Position numbers and translations under genes: made by a program | Assembly: GCA_951406725.2 (NCBI GenBank) | Contig: OX597821.1 | Location: forward strand, 14,260,001-14,324,000 | Source: Octopus vulgaris | Lineage: Eukaryota | Reading direction: 5' to 3' | Length of the DNA stretch: 64,000 nt | In this document: positions 27,086 to 40,816 of the stretch, in pieces | Numbering within the stretch: position 1 is the first letter of the stretch | Layout of the letters: the number at the start of each line of letters is the position of its first letter | Notes under the pieces: model-generated | What the model saw: only the letters and a program-made list of their open reading frames with translations | Database searches by the model: none | Told to the model about the DNA's origin: nothing

Positions 27086-27639
27086 TATATAAAAAGTGGG
27101 GTCTAGAGAGAAGCAAGACATAGTATGAGCACAAACTGAAGGGACTGGTGCAGTCAGAGCCCTACAAAATCCTGTGGGATTTCCCAGTCCAAGCAGTTCG
27201 TGTACTAGAGCACAATAAACCAGACCTAGTGGTGGTGGACAAGGTAAAATACATGTGTTATATAATTGATGTTGCTTGGCCCTTTGACCCATGCATAATC
27301 AAGAAGGAAGGCAAAAAAATAAAAATATACAAAAATCTTTAAACAAGACAGCCTAACAATGGAAAATGAAGAAGGTGGAGATATTGCCAATTATTGTTTG
27401 ATCCCAGAGGACAATATCAGAAAGCATCAAGAGGAATGTAAAGGGAATTAGAATAGAGCGCCCAATAGAACTGTTACAAAAGGTTTGCCTCTTTGGTATA
27501 ACCAGAATCATCAGAAAAGTATTGGGTATTAGGTAACTGAAAAGAACTGATAACATGATATTGTAGGCTACACGTAGCAAGCTCACTCTACATGCAAGAC
27601 TCCAGGAGTTCCAACAAAACCTGAGTTAAAATAATAATG

Positions 27640-27695
<56 letters not shown>

Positions 27696-28855
27696 CCCAA
27701 GGTTTAAAACAAACTTTTTTTTTTAAATTTATGTATTAGACATTCACTAGTACAACACCAAAAAAAAAACCCAAATATATGGCACACTAGGCATAACAAC
27801 AACGTGAACTTCCAACCTGTTGTCTCTTGAGGTCTCTGGGTGAGACTTGGAGCCAACTTGTACAGACATAAAGCAAAAGTCAAACATAGAATAATAATAA
27901 TAATAGTAATAATAATAATAATAATAGCTCTAACATTACCAAAATATATCAGCCATGCAATGGCTAATTGGAAAACCAGCATAGCATTGAAAAATAAGTC
28001 ACAAGTCATTAAAACCTGCCCTAAACCATAAGAGGAATAATTTTCCAATGAGACTTGTCCCTCATCCCCCTCTGCTTTTCTGCCTTGCTCAGACCTTGCT
28101 AACAAACTTGTAAACTGAAACCACCATGGGTTATAGATGCTATGGACAAACTGTAAATCATCTCTTATATATGGATTACTTAAAAATTTTCACTAAAAAT
28201 ATTACTGAACAAAAATACCTTCTAAAATTTGTCCATAGTGTCAGCAAGGACATCGAGATAAGCATGAGATTGGACAAATGTGCTAAAGTTACTTGGAGAA
28301 ACAGTAAATTAATCAGCACTGAAAAGGCTGCACCTGATATAGACACAAATCAGAGAATTAGACTGTAATTTGTCCTTACAAATATCGAGAAATAGATGAA
28401 ACGGCTAAAATACAACACACAGAAATGAAAAAGAAAATTAGAAGAGAGTATTACAGAAGTGTTAGACTAACTCAATGCTAAAAATAAGATAATAGGGACT
28501 AACATGTTAACCATACCAGTCAAATTAGTTTCAACATAATAAACTGGAAGGTCAGTAAATTGAGGAACTTAGATAGGAAAAACAGAAAACTAATAACAGC
28601 ATACTGAAGTCACCACCCCGAAGTTGATCTAGGTAGAATATATCCACCCCCGCCCAGGAGGAGGTCACGGCCTGACAAAGATAGAGAACTACTATAAAAT
28701 AACAACAGGTGGACTAGAGAAATTTTCAGAAGCAAAAAGTGAATGACAACTACATGTAATAAAGCAGCAGACCAAAAAAAAAATGCTTTTGTCTGTATCC
28801 AAGAAGGTGACAAAATACAAAATAGAAACAAACTATATTAAAACACTGATTTAAA

Positions 28856-29079
28856 GGCGGCGAGCTGGCAGAAATGTTAGCACGCCGGGCAAAATGCGTA
28901 GCTGTATTTCGTCTGCCGTTACGTTCTGAGTTCAAATTCCGCCGAGGTCGACTTTGCCTTTCATCCTTTCGGGGTTGATAAATTAAGTACCAGTTACACA
29001 CTGGGGTCGACGTAATCCATTTGTCTGTCCTTGTTTGTCCCCTCTGTGTTTAGCCCCTTGTGGGTAGTAAAGAAATAGG
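28856..29079 (+). mobile_element. SINE family B, tail type 1, inserted in a LINE
   Basis: 15-bp TSD tattaaaacactgat at 28836 and 29080. Confidence 0.92.
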
Positions 29080-29484
29080 TATTAAAACACTGATCTCAGA
29101 TGAAAACATGGCAAAAATGATCAGAGACAAAAAACAACATGAAAACAGCCGTACAAAACATACTAAAGAAGAAATGGAGAGAAAAATCACTCCATGGTCA
29201 ATATCGTGCAAGGTTTGACGGTCAAAGAAGTGAGCCTAAGTGAAAGCCAACAGTGGTCTAAAAGATCTGGACTGAAAATAGAAATAGTAAGACTAATACT
29301 CGTTGCACAAGACTAATACCTGACCACAAACAACTGTAAAAGCAAAATGAAAACAGGCCTTAACAGCAAATGCAGAATGTGCAACCAGCACAATGAGACA
29401 GTCGACCACATCATCTCTGGCAGTTCAGTCCTTGCCAAATCTAAATATATATACAGACATGACCAGATAAGTAGTTATATAATA

Positions 29485-29903
29485 GGCGCAGGAGTGGCTA
29501 TGTGGTAAGTAGCTTGCTAACCAGCCACATGGTTCTGGGTTCAGTCCCACTGCGTGGCACCTTGGGCAAGTGTCTTCTGTTATAGCCCCGGGCCGACCAA
29601 TGCCTTGTGAGTGGATTTGGTAGATGGAAACTGAAAGAAGCCTGTCATATATATGTATTTATATATATGTATGTGTATGTGTTTGTGTGTCTGTGTTTGT
29701 CCCCCTAGCATTGCTTGTCAACCGATGCTGGTGTGTTTACGTGCCCATCACTTAGTGGTTTGGCAAAAAAAGAGACCGATAGAATAAGTACTGGGCTTAC
29801 AAAGAGTAAGTCCCGGAGTTGATTTGCTCGACTAAAGGCAGTGCTTCAGCATGGCCGCAGTCAAATGACTGAAACAAGTAAAAAAGAGAAAAAGAGAGAA
29901 AGA
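29485..29903 (+). mobile_element. SINE family A, inserted in an R4/Dong LINE
   Basis: Splits RHDQISSY|IHWK. Confidence 0.9.
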
Positions 29904-30284
29904 GATATCCACTGGAAAATACACCAAAGTTTGAAACTAACTATACAACCACAGCACTTTAAGAAACGTACTTAAATCTGATTTTGCAGAATTAAGTATA
30001 TATGATATACTACATAATGTTAAACTCACTTAACAAATCACTAGCTGAACCACTTATCAAGTATTTTAGTATCACAAAAACTATGACCTAAAAGGAGAAT
30101 CCATATCAAAAATATTTCTCAGGGAAACAATGAGCCATTTTGAAAACAGATATGAGTTGTGGAGAATCAATGCTGTTAGAACTGAAAGAAACAATAGACA
30201 TCATATCTACCACAATCACAATGAGAACAAGAAATAATTTTACAAAACCTCAACTGACATAACTGCAGTTTATTTATCTAATTG

Positions 30285-30588
30285 TGGAGGCACATGGCCT
30301 AGTGGTTAGAGCAGCGGACTTGCGGTCGAGGGATCGTGGGTTCGAATTTCTGACTAGGTATTGTGTGTGTTTATGAGTGAAAGCACCTAAGTTCCACACG
30401 GCTCCGGCAGAAGGTAATGGCAAACTTGTGCTGACTCTTTCACCACAACTTTCTCTCACTCTTTCCTCCTGCATCTTGCAGCTCACCTGTGATGGACTTG
30501 CATCCCATCCATGTGGAAAACCTATACACCAAGGAAACTGGGAAACCAGCCCTTATGAGCCAGACATGGCTTGAGAAGGAACAAACAA
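30285..30588 (+). mobile_element. SINE family C, tail 2
   Basis: Same head and body as 33797-34178 up to caccacaactttctct; different 3' part. Confidence 0.85.
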
Positions 30589-31305
30589 TTTATCTAATTA
30601 TAAATACAGGTATACTTCAGCTTACACCAGTAACTGGTTCCAAGACATGCAACTTAACTGGTAAAAATGACCTAATACAGGCAAATATTAAAACCATTTA
30701 TTAGCTTATCTTTGTTTTGGTAAATGGTTTATAATTATTTTCACATGTATTTTATTTGATTTTCCAGTTCAGTATTAGGTTTTAAGAGTTTTAAAAAGAA
30801 TTCTGTTTTTAAATATGTCCACTGAGACTGACGAATAAATCAAATGAAGTTGAGGCTTATTTTTCTGTTAATTTCTAAAATAAATGTAAGGTCAAAAAAG
30901 ATTTAACTTGAAATGATGTAAGCTGAGGTACAACTGTATTTATTTACTCATAAAGAGTAATATTTCCAAAAATGTTCCTTCATATGTTTTTTTGAAACAA
31001 TACACACATACAAGTTCTGGGAACTAGACTTAATTTTTATCAGAGCAGCTAATCACATACCAACAAAATCAGAATGGATAACCAAAGAAGTTTACTATAA
31101 ACATTAAGACATCAAAGAGATGAACTTTCTCAAGAAACTATCATGCTCCAAAACCAAACACATCCAAACTATCAGCATAACAGATAAGCAAAGGAAGAAA
31201 CTATCTCATAGCCTGAGCACAATTATTAGGACCTTTTTATACTTATTAATGATAAGAACCTAAACTGAATGGTATTCTTTCAAAAATTCTAAAGATCTTA
31301 GAAGA

Positions 31306-31528
31306 TCATCATCATCATCATCATCATTTAGCGTCCGCTTTCCATGCTAGCATGGGTTGGACGGTTCAACTGGGGTCTGTGAAGCCAGAAGGCTGCATCA
31401 GGCCCAGTCTGATCTGGCAGTGTTTCTATGGCTGGATGCCCTTCCTAACGCCAACCACTCCGTGAGTGTAGTGGGTGCTTTTTACGTGCCACCCGCACAG
31501 GTGCCAGACGGAACTGGCAAACGGCAAA
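31306..31528 (-). mobile_element. (ATG)n-tailed SINE/RTE-related 3' fragment
   Basis: ggttggcgttaggaagggcatccagcc...gcatggaaagcggacg plus (ATG)n. Relatives at ~15960-16100 and 54770-55170. Confidence 0.75.
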
Positions 31529-32420
31529 AGAGAAGCACTGATCCATTTCCAACAAGACTGCAAAGGTAAATGCAACAAAATAACTTAAACTGATCAAATT
31601 CTAAAGTACATGCAGCAAGAAAGAGTTGCTTTAATTGATGTTTGTTGACAGGAAATTAATGTTCAAATTGAAAATAATATTTCACCCTTTACAAAGAAGA
31701 ATGGCATTGTGTCATGTCATTATTGTATATACACTCTTGTCAACAAAAGAAGTCTATTCACCAAACTGCACCACATTCATAACCATCAAACTCCAGACAC
31801 ATTAATTACCTTTTATGAGTGAAGTTGCTAACCTGTACTATAGTGTATGATTGCTAAATAGCAATTTTTATAGTAATCCAAAGCATGTGGCCATATCAGG
31901 ACAGGAAGGTGTCTAAATATCCCTAACATAAATTAAAGAACTGGTTCGGTTACTAAGCAACAATACCATGTAAACTTCAGTAAGATTAATTATGAAGGCA
32001 TAACAAAATACCAACTTTCAGCATATGGTCTATTTTAAAATATCCTTGGTGTACTGATTACAAACTAGTCTTCACTTATAATCTTTTTTATTAACTTATC
32101 CTAGCAATAGAAATGAAAGATTATCATTGTTTCATATATCACCGACCATGCCTCAGTACCAACAGCTTTATGATGCACAGTACCTGTACAGAGAAAAGTT
32201 AACAGCTTGATTATGAAATGAGAAACTGGAACATGTATGACCAGTGGGAAAATTCACACTTTCCCGGTATTCCCCAGAAAATTATAAAGCAATATAAAGA
32301 ATATAGTGATATCAGCTAAGCAAGCCAACAAGTGTGTGTTCAGAAAGCAGATGAAGGTGCACCAAACACCGAATAACAGAGACCGAATAACAACAATTCT
32401 TAATATAGAGTTTCATTTAA

Positions 32421-32818
32421 TCTTTATATATAAAAGTCAAGTTATGTGTCTGTCTCCTACGATTTAGATTCCTAACTACTCCCACATTTTGCGGTGCAGT
32501 TTAACCAAAACCGGGTATCTTATAGTCGTGATTCATATCGAGCCCTTCTGGGTATTAGCGCACATCTACGATGAGTCTACGATTTAAAAAAAATTTACCA
32601 TCATTTTTTTCCTTTTTAATGCATTTTCTTCGCTATTATATAAGGGAAGTAACTCTCTAAAAATGTCTACGATGAGTCAACGATTTAAAAAAAAATTTAC
32701 CATCATTTTTTTCCCATTTTTAATGCATTTTTTTGCTATTTTTGGGCCATAACTCTCTAAAAATGCTTATATAGTTATTTCCCTTACAAACCCGAGCAAC
32801 GCCAGGTGATACTGCTAG
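32421..32818 (+). mobile_element. Non-autonomous Helitron, family 1 (internal duplication variant)
   Basis: a|TCTTTATATATAAAAG ... ccgagcaacgccaggtgatactgCTAG|t. Confidence 0.9.
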
Positions 32819-33796
32819 TATTGTATAAATGACTCAAGATTTGCAAGTGAGACCAAGTCTTACAACCTGCACAAAAAAAATCTTTTTATTTAAAGCAGAA
32901 TAAACTAAAGTAGTGATGTTGTGCTGATGGTATGTGAAGATATACTTAGAACTAATGGTATATGAATATGTGAGATTCAATACAAAATGAGATTCACATA
33001 TATGAAGTTGTAATCCCTGCCAAGAATTGTTTATTCTTGTTGAGGACATAACGACTTCTCTTAGACTCGACACAACAAAATGCACTCAATACACTCTATA
33101 AAGTGTTTGTGGATAGAAAAGACATTCAAGTGGAGATAGCCAAAAAGGAAACATACATGTGACATGTGGTCCTCTGATTCATGTATAAATGCAGTAAGTC
33201 TGAATAAGAATTCACTCTGACCATTTATCATCATAGCAAACAAAAGTGCACAGCTCATGAGTCATCAGAAATACAGAAGCCAGACAAGTACAAGACTGAA
33301 CTAATTGTCTCCAATATCCAGGAGCATTTAGAATTCAGCATTTTTGAATCAACAGATGTCAGCCTATGTATGAGTGTTTATAGAACTATATGAATACTTT
33401 AACTTTACCAAATATCATTGTTTGGAGTTCATTATCACCAATCATTTATGAAGTAAATATATTAATGTTTTGTGCCAAACTAATGGTTTCCAACTTGACA
33501 TTTTGAAAATTTCTATGGTCTCTACTTTCAATAATTTATTATTTTTACACTTTCCTTCACACAAAGTATTTGCAATATTAACCTATAGATAACCTATTTT
33601 CAAAACAGAATGAAAATGGTCCACAAGAAGAAAAAAAATTAGAAATGTAGCTTGACTTTCACAGAATTTTAATGGTATTTCTCTGGGAATTAGAAAAGTG
33701 AAGACAGTTACAATAGAGAAAATGTTTGATGCAAAAGGGAGATAGAGGACAATATAATCAATGATTCACTAAGTTAAGGATATAGTGCTAACTTAT

Positions 33797-34178
33797 GGAT
33801 GGATGGAAGCACTCCGTCGGTTATGATGACGAGGGTTCCGGTTGATCCGATCAACGAAACAGCCTGCTCGTGAAATTAACGTGTAAGTGGCTGAGCACTC
33901 CACAGACACGTGTACCCTTAACGTAGTTCTCGGGGATATTCAGCATGACACAGAGAGTGACAAGGCTAGCCCTTTGAAATACAGGTACAACAGAAACAGG
34001 AAGTAAGAGAAAGTTGTGGTGAAAGAGTACAGCAGGGATCACCACCATCCCTGCCGGAGCCTCGTGGAGCTTTAGGTGTTTTCGCTCAATAAACACTCAC
34101 AACGCCCGGTCTGGGAATCGAAACCGTGATCCTACGACTGCGAGTCCGCTGCCCTAACCACTGGGCCATTGCGCCTCC
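33797..34178 (-). mobile_element. tRNA-derived SINE family C, tail 1
   Basis: Head ggaggcgcaatggcccagtggttagggc..ggtttcgattccc; 13-bp TSD agtgctaacttat; (CCAT)n end. Confidence 0.92.
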
Positions 34179-36053
34179 AGTGCTAACTTATATATATATT
34201 GTAAAAGCAGGGGAAAAAAGAAAAGAAAAAGACAAATGACGTTTGTGCAGACTATAAATTCTAACAAGAGGTTAGCAAAGTTTTGAGATCAGAGTATTCT
34301 AAAGCAACATATGGAAATGACTTGAAATAAGTAAATATAACAGAGAGTTAGTATCTTCATTTGTGGTGTAGTGAAGACTGAAACGACGATCAAATAATGT
34401 AATAGTATGTATCTCATTTCAAGTATGAAATTTCAAACAAGTCAAATTATATCTCTTAGTATTTATATATATTATATGTTACATAACAAAACAAAACTTT
34501 TCTGACTGTCATAAGTGCAAAAATAAAGATGCCTCCCACTCAGCAATATTCTCTGCCTTCTAGTGAATATGATGGTTTTTCAAATACTATATGACATTAA
34601 CAAATCAATTTAATACTTTTTTGTATACGAGTTTTGTTTATATAACTTTTGAGACAATTTTCTGGGTAAATTTAGATCTTATATTGGCAAACGATAATAA
34701 AAGACTTATTACTTTTGAAGATGCAGAGACTAACTTAACATAAAAATAAGATAAATAGGAAATAAAATTACATCACATGCAAAGACAATTTTCTAAAAAT
34801 GAGCTCAGAATTTTGTCTTTGTTGCTATCTAATCCTGAAACTACGTCAAATTCTACACAAATCTATATATAGTTCTGTGTATCTAAGGAACTGGTTCCTG
34901 CAGAACATATTATTGATACATGACAATTACTAAGAACTGAAGACATATTTTAATTCTTATCTATCTTTCTTTTGAAAAGAGATTTTCTGCTGATATTTTT
35001 CTGAATATATAATTGTTTAGCTGGGATACATTTCAAAATAAATGTTTTCTTTGGGGGTAGAGTAACAGTTACATGTCCACATTCGGGTTTCTGCTGTAAC
35101 TTTGTTCTTTGTTTTAGACCTTCATTGAAAACTTTTAGCAAGAACAATTTAAAACACAAATGGTATCTATTCTTATTTTGTTGATGTCTGCTTACTCAGA
35201 CACAATGGAATTAAAACTTGAAGATATATTGTCATAAATTATTCACTATAGTGGTTTTGTTTCCACATGAATTCCAAATATTATAATTTGGTGGATAAAT
35301 GATATTTTCCCATTAGTTCCTTTTTTTTTTGTTTTTTAAAAGCACACCAAAGAATACTTTTAATGTTCTGATCTAATATAGCAAAGATTATTTTCTCAAT
35401 CTCAAATTTTCTAAAGAGTTAGCTAACTAATGTCAATAATCTGATTGGAATTCAAACTTTCAATGCTGATTCACTGAATATATATGCTTTGCAGTCAGTT
35501 ACAATCTCTTTGGCTTTAATGTGAGAGGAAACATTTTGGTTTACAGTCAACAAGAATATTTTAATCACAACTAACTATACTGCTGTCTAGAATTTTATCT
35601 TGCATTATATTACCATGGTTTAAAAAAGAAAGATTCACATGTTCTATATTAATTAATTTGAATAGAGTATTTATAAAGATATACAACTTATTTCTGCTTA
35701 ACTTATCAACTTACAGTCAACATCTTATGGTGTTACTTTTCTCTGACTAATTTTTTAAAATAAATGATAAAATTAGCATGTCAACCTCAACATAATGTAA
35801 TGGGATCTACAGTTTAAAACTTGGGACTGGCTCTTCATATTAACGATGCCTGACACTTATTTGATTTAATTTATGCTAAAATTATCAATGTTAAGAAGTT
35901 GAATAATTTGAACATTAACAATACTGATTAAATTCCATCATTGCTCTTATCAGTGAAAAAGGGTTTACAAAACATACAGGCTAAGCCAAAATACAATTAT
36001 GATAAAAAATTGAAGCAAATAATTTTTTGATATTATTTTTTTCTTAAACCATA

Positions 36054-36447
36054 TCTTTATATATAAAAGTGAAGTTGTGTGTCTGTCTCCTACGATTTAG
36101 ATTCCTAACTACTCCCACATTTTGCGGTGCAGTGTAACCAAAAGCGGGTATCTTATAGTCGTGATTCATATCGAGCCCTTCTGGGTATTAGCGCGCGTCT
36201 ACGATGAATACGATTTTAAAAAAAATTTACCATCATTTTTTTCCCATTTTTAATGCATTTTTTTGCTATTATATAAGGGAAGTAACTCTCTAAAAATGTA
36301 TTATTAAATCTCAGAACGTAAAAAGCTACAGTAACACCTCCCTTTGTGGTTAGCCATATTGAGATGGCTATTATACTTTACATCTCTAAAAATGCTTATA
36401 TAGTTATTTCCCTTACAAACCCGAGCAATGCCGGGCGATACTGCTAG
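36054..36447 (+). mobile_element. Non-autonomous Helitron, family 1
   Basis: a|TC...ccgagcaatgccgggcgatactgCTAG|t. Confidence 0.9.
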
Positions 36448-36763
36448 TGGTATATGAATGGAACATTTTCTTGACACTGAGATAAATATTAAATTAGCAT
36501 CAACAACCCTACAATCAGAAATATAAGCTATAGAGAATGAGGGTTTAAATTATTTAAGCATGGCACTAAATAAGAAGTTTGAAGTTTATCATGAAAACTG
36601 AAAAGTTTTTATCTTTATCTTTCATTCTTTTGAAAAAAGGATTTTCTGCTAATGTTCTTAAATATATAATTGTTCAACCTAGATATATTACAAAACAATT
36701 AATTTCTTTTGATGTAAAACTATACAGCTACATGGCCATCATAGTTTCAGGATTATTTCAAAA

Positions 36764-37063
36764 TCTTTATATATAAAAGAGAGGTTGTGTGTCTGTCTCC
36801 TATGATTTAGATTCCTAACTACTCCCACATTTTGTGGTGCAGTTTAATCAAAACCGGGTATCTTATAGCCGTGGTTCATATCGAGCCCTTCTGGGTATTA
36901 GCGCGCGTCTACGATGAGTCTACGAATTAAAAAAAAAATTACCATCATTTTTTTCCATTTTTAATGCATTTTTTTGCTATTTTTTGGCTATAACTCTCTA
37001 AAAATGCTTATATAGTTATTTCCCTTACAAACCCGAGCAACGCTATACTAGTTTTACTGCTAG
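36764..37063 (+). mobile_element. Non-autonomous Helitron, family 1 (short variant, altered 3' end)
   Basis: Same 5' end; hairpin partly lost; doubled ctagtttta end. Confidence 0.85.
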
Positions 37064-37418
37064 TTTTACATAAAATTCTACCAGCAAAAGATTATTGATC
37101 CCAACATTCTATCATTGTTAAAATGTATTTCATTTGGTTGTAAGTCCTAAATTTCTGCACCGTAAGGAGCATTATTAATAATACTTTGAGAAATGCACAT
37201 TTCTATAATACTTAATATGTCTATACTACAAATTATATTCATTTAATATTTTAATGATTTATATTAATATATATTTTTAAAAAACCGATATGAACTATAT
37301 ATTATGTATCTAATAAAAAATGTATATCAAATAATGAAGGAAAGCACATGTTAATTATTCACAAAACAGCAGAATGGAATATATAACATATATGCATGTG
37401 TGTGTGTGTGTGTGTGTG

Positions 37419-37461
<43 letters not shown>

Positions 37462-38644
37462 TGTACAAATATATATATAAATACACACACATGCATACAT
37501 ACCTACATATATATATGCACACATACATATACACACACAAACACATTTATGTATATATACACATAAACTCAAATGTACATGTAAATATACATGTATAAAT
37601 ATCTATGTATGTGTATGTATCATGTATACAAACACATTTATATATACAATAAATTCATATGGATTGATATAAATATAAATGTGTATAGATATAAATGTAA
37701 ATGTTTTATACGTTTAAAAACAAAAAGTGAATAAGTTTAAAAACAAAATACTAAGGAACAAATATATTCCGAGTAAAAATCTATGTGGATGTTATATCAA
37801 TTTATTTAAATAATATTATAGATATAATAGTTAATGTGTTTATGAAATGGAAATGTGAAAGGCAAATATTTTACAGGTTGCTAAAGAGACTCTATTATCC
37901 AATATAGAAATCTAAGTTATGGTTAGAATATTTAAATAAGTTAGATTTTTTCTTGTTTAAGATAAAATATAAAATGTGAAATTTGTTTCATCTAATTCAT
38001 CTATGAGAGATATAATGAGCATACACTCACATACTCACACTCATCTGCTTATACATACATGCATGCACACACACACACACTCACTCACATATGAATGCAC
38101 ACATACATACACACATCTGTGTTGACAAATATATATTTGTTTTGCTCTATTGCACTTTTTAAAACATGAGGGTACATTTGAATTAGAATTGGTATGGACT
38201 TATACACACACACACTGATATACAAGATGGGAGTGAGATGGAAAATGATAGACTAAAAAAGATCTACTCTCCTTAGTTTTGAAAGAAAATTCAATAAAGA
38301 AACTGATAACTAATTTTCAGAATTGGTTGTTAAAAAGTTGAAATTTGAATACATAATATATACTAAAGGGACTAATTTGCATATGCTGTATCTGTTTAGG
38401 TTATTGTAAAAGGAAAAGGACATAAGAACAATACAAAGGGAAAAAATATAAGGAGTTAGATTACATTAAGTATAAAGTATCTAAAATTGGATTGGTGCAA
38501 ATTTTAAGGAATGTCTTTCTAGGAATTACTTTGTAATTAAAATAATAACCTTGTAATTACAATAATAATTTAAAGATGTCATCATCATCATAATGTGCTT
38601 TTCCATGTTTGCATGAGTAGGATGGAATTTATTGAGGTAAATTT

Positions 38645-38864
38645 TCTTATTTCTTTACTGCCCACAAGAGGGGATAAACAAGGACAGACAAACAGATTAA
38701 GTCGATTAATCGACTCCAGTGTATAACTGGTACTTATTTACTCAACCCCAAAAGGTTGAAAGGCAAAGTCAACCTCGGCAGAATTTGAACTCAGAACATA
38801 GCAGCAGACGAAATACTGATAAGCATTTCGCCTGGCGTGCTAACGTTTCTGCCAACTCGCTGCC
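38645..38864 (-). mobile_element. SINE family B, tail type 1
   Basis: Match to 22707-22937. Confidence 0.85.
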
Positions 38865-39112
38865 TTCTAAATTCTCTATAACCAGATTCCCTTCTTCTCA
38901 ACAATCCTTACATTTTTTCTTGTCAGGTAATATTTTCCCATGAACAGACATGATTTTTACAATAGATTGGAAATAAAAGACACAATGTGCGTGACAGTGG
39001 CACTCATTAGCAACAGTCATAAGGTGATAAAGCAGGGAGATAATAACTACCCTACCTCACACACACACATATATATATACACACATATACAACAAAATCT
39101 TCCCATAGATAC

Positions 39113-39496
39113 CACAGGAGTGGCTGTGTGGTAAGTAGCTTGCTAACCAACCACATGGTTCTGGGTTCAGTCCCACTGCGTGGCATCTTGGGCAAGTCTC
39201 TTCTGCTATAGCCCCGGGCCGACCAATGCCTTGTGAGTGGATTTGGAAGATGGAAACTGAAAGAAGCCTGTCGTATATATGTATGTATATGTATGTATGT
39301 GTATGTGTTTGTGTGACAACCAATGCTGGTGTGTTTACGTCCCTGTAACTTAGCGGTTCGGCAAAAAAGACTGATAGAATAAGTACTGGGCTTACAAAGA
39401 ATAAGTCCCAGGGTCGATTTGTTCGACTAAAGGCGGTGCTCCAGCATGGCCGCAGTCAAATGACTGAAACATGTAAAAGAGTAAAAGAGTAAGAGA
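39113..39496 (+). mobile_element. SINE family A (small internal deletion)
   Basis: Match to the family. Confidence 0.9.
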
Positions 39497-39944
39497 TATG
39501 ACTTTAGTGTATAGTAAAAGTCATTTGTTCAAAGTGTCTCATAGAGGTTCAGAAACTGAAACCATGTGGTTAGGAAGCAAACTCCTTACCACATACCATT
39601 GTCTGCACCTGTATATATCTGTATAGAAGTGAAAAGAAACTATCATTTTATATATTGAAATTAATAAGGTTTTTCTTTGTTTTTCTGGCACTCAGTCGGT
39701 TATGCTGATGAGGGTTCCAGTTGATCCGATCAACAGAATAGCCTGCTCTTAAAGTTAACATGTAAGTGGCAGAAAACTCCACAGACATACAAACCCGTAA
39801 GGTAGTTCCCAGGGAGATTCTGTGTGACACAGAATGTGACAAAGCAGGCTCTTTGAAATAAATGTACAACTCATTTTGCCCAGCTTAGTGGACTGGAGCA
39901 ATGTGAAATAAAGTGTCTTGTTCAAAGATTCAACTTGACACCAG

Positions 39945-40424
39945 GTAATCTGGTCATCAAATCTAAGTAGAGACTTCAAACTTGAAATCTTCAAAGCCAC
40001 AGTCAAACCGATTCTACTATATGGCTCAGAAACCTGGACATTATCAAAGAAGCTTGAGAGGCTGTTGTTTAGGACCTACACTCGCCTCCTTATGAGAGCT
40101 CAAAATCTCTCGTGGAAGCGCCATCCAACCAAAATGCAAATATATGGGAAACTACCACCTGTGTCAGCTCTTGTGAAAGGTAGGAGAGTCCAGTTTGCTG
40201 GACATTGTTGTAGAGCTGAAAAAGAGGTAATTTCTACTCTCCTCCTCTGGAAGCCATCTACTCGCAATGCCAGAGGGCGCACACTCTCCTACCCTGATGT
40301 AATCTCCAGGGATACAAGCATCCTAGCAACAGGACCTCCGTAATGCCATGATAGACCGTGAAGTCTGGTGTAGCATGGTAAATTCCACTGTCTCAACCAC
40401 GGTCGAACAATGATGATGATGATG
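39945..40424 (+). mobile_element. RTE-like LINE 3' fragment
   Basis: IFKATVKPILLYGSETWTL ... RRVQFAGHCCR; (ATG)n tail. Confidence 0.85.
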
Positions 40425-40514
40425 AGGAATCAACAATAAGCTGAATGCCCTAATCACTAAGCCACATTGAAATTTATCAAGGTATAATTTGCATGACTGT
40501 GTGAATATAGCAAG

Positions 40515-40808
40515 ACCAACAGAAAGAAGTCCGGTGTGAGGGATGTCATCGCAGAGTATGCACGCAGCAAGTTTAGATGGGCTGGACACGTCGCCCGGCT
40601 CACCGATAATCAGTGGACCTGTGCAGTTGTTGAGTGGTACCCGTGCAAGCGGATACGACCACCCGAAAGGCCTCCACGATGGTGGAGTTATGATTTCAGG
40701 AGGACGATTGGGATCACGTGGATGAGAAAGGCGCGATCCAGAGAGGAGTAACCAGTGGTGTCAAATGGACGTCCGACGGACTGGTCGGTCAAGGTGATCA
40801 AGGTGATG
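40515..40808 (+). mobile_element. RTE LINE 3' fragment (second family)
   Basis: KFRWAGHVARLTDNQWT..EWYP..RPPERPPRWW; tandem caaggtgat tail. Confidence 0.85.
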
Positions 40809-40816
40809 TAAATATA

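Larger units (their letters stand above)
25880..27630 (+). mobile_element. 3' part of a decayed R4/Dong-clade (RLE) non-LTR retrotransposon
   Basis: LAAQD*AL, a degenerate CCHC finger SPLC*IC..ECPILA, and the endonuclease segment KILWDFPVQ..HNKPDLVVVDK..IIDVAWPFD (PD..D type); ends in (TAA)n. Confidence 0.9.
27926..29925 (+). mobile_element. Second decayed R4/Dong-clade LINE (RT plus zinc finger), interrupted by two SINEs
   Basis: NHLLYMDYLKIF (YMDD-like) and LDKCAKV, then CRMCNQHNETVDHIISG..YRHDQISSY[SINE]IHWKI; starts after (ATA)n. Confidence 0.88.

Noticed and set aside
34100-34178. tRNA-like sequence (also at 30285-30358)
   Set aside because: No paired acceptor stem; continues into a SINE body, with a TSD in this copy.
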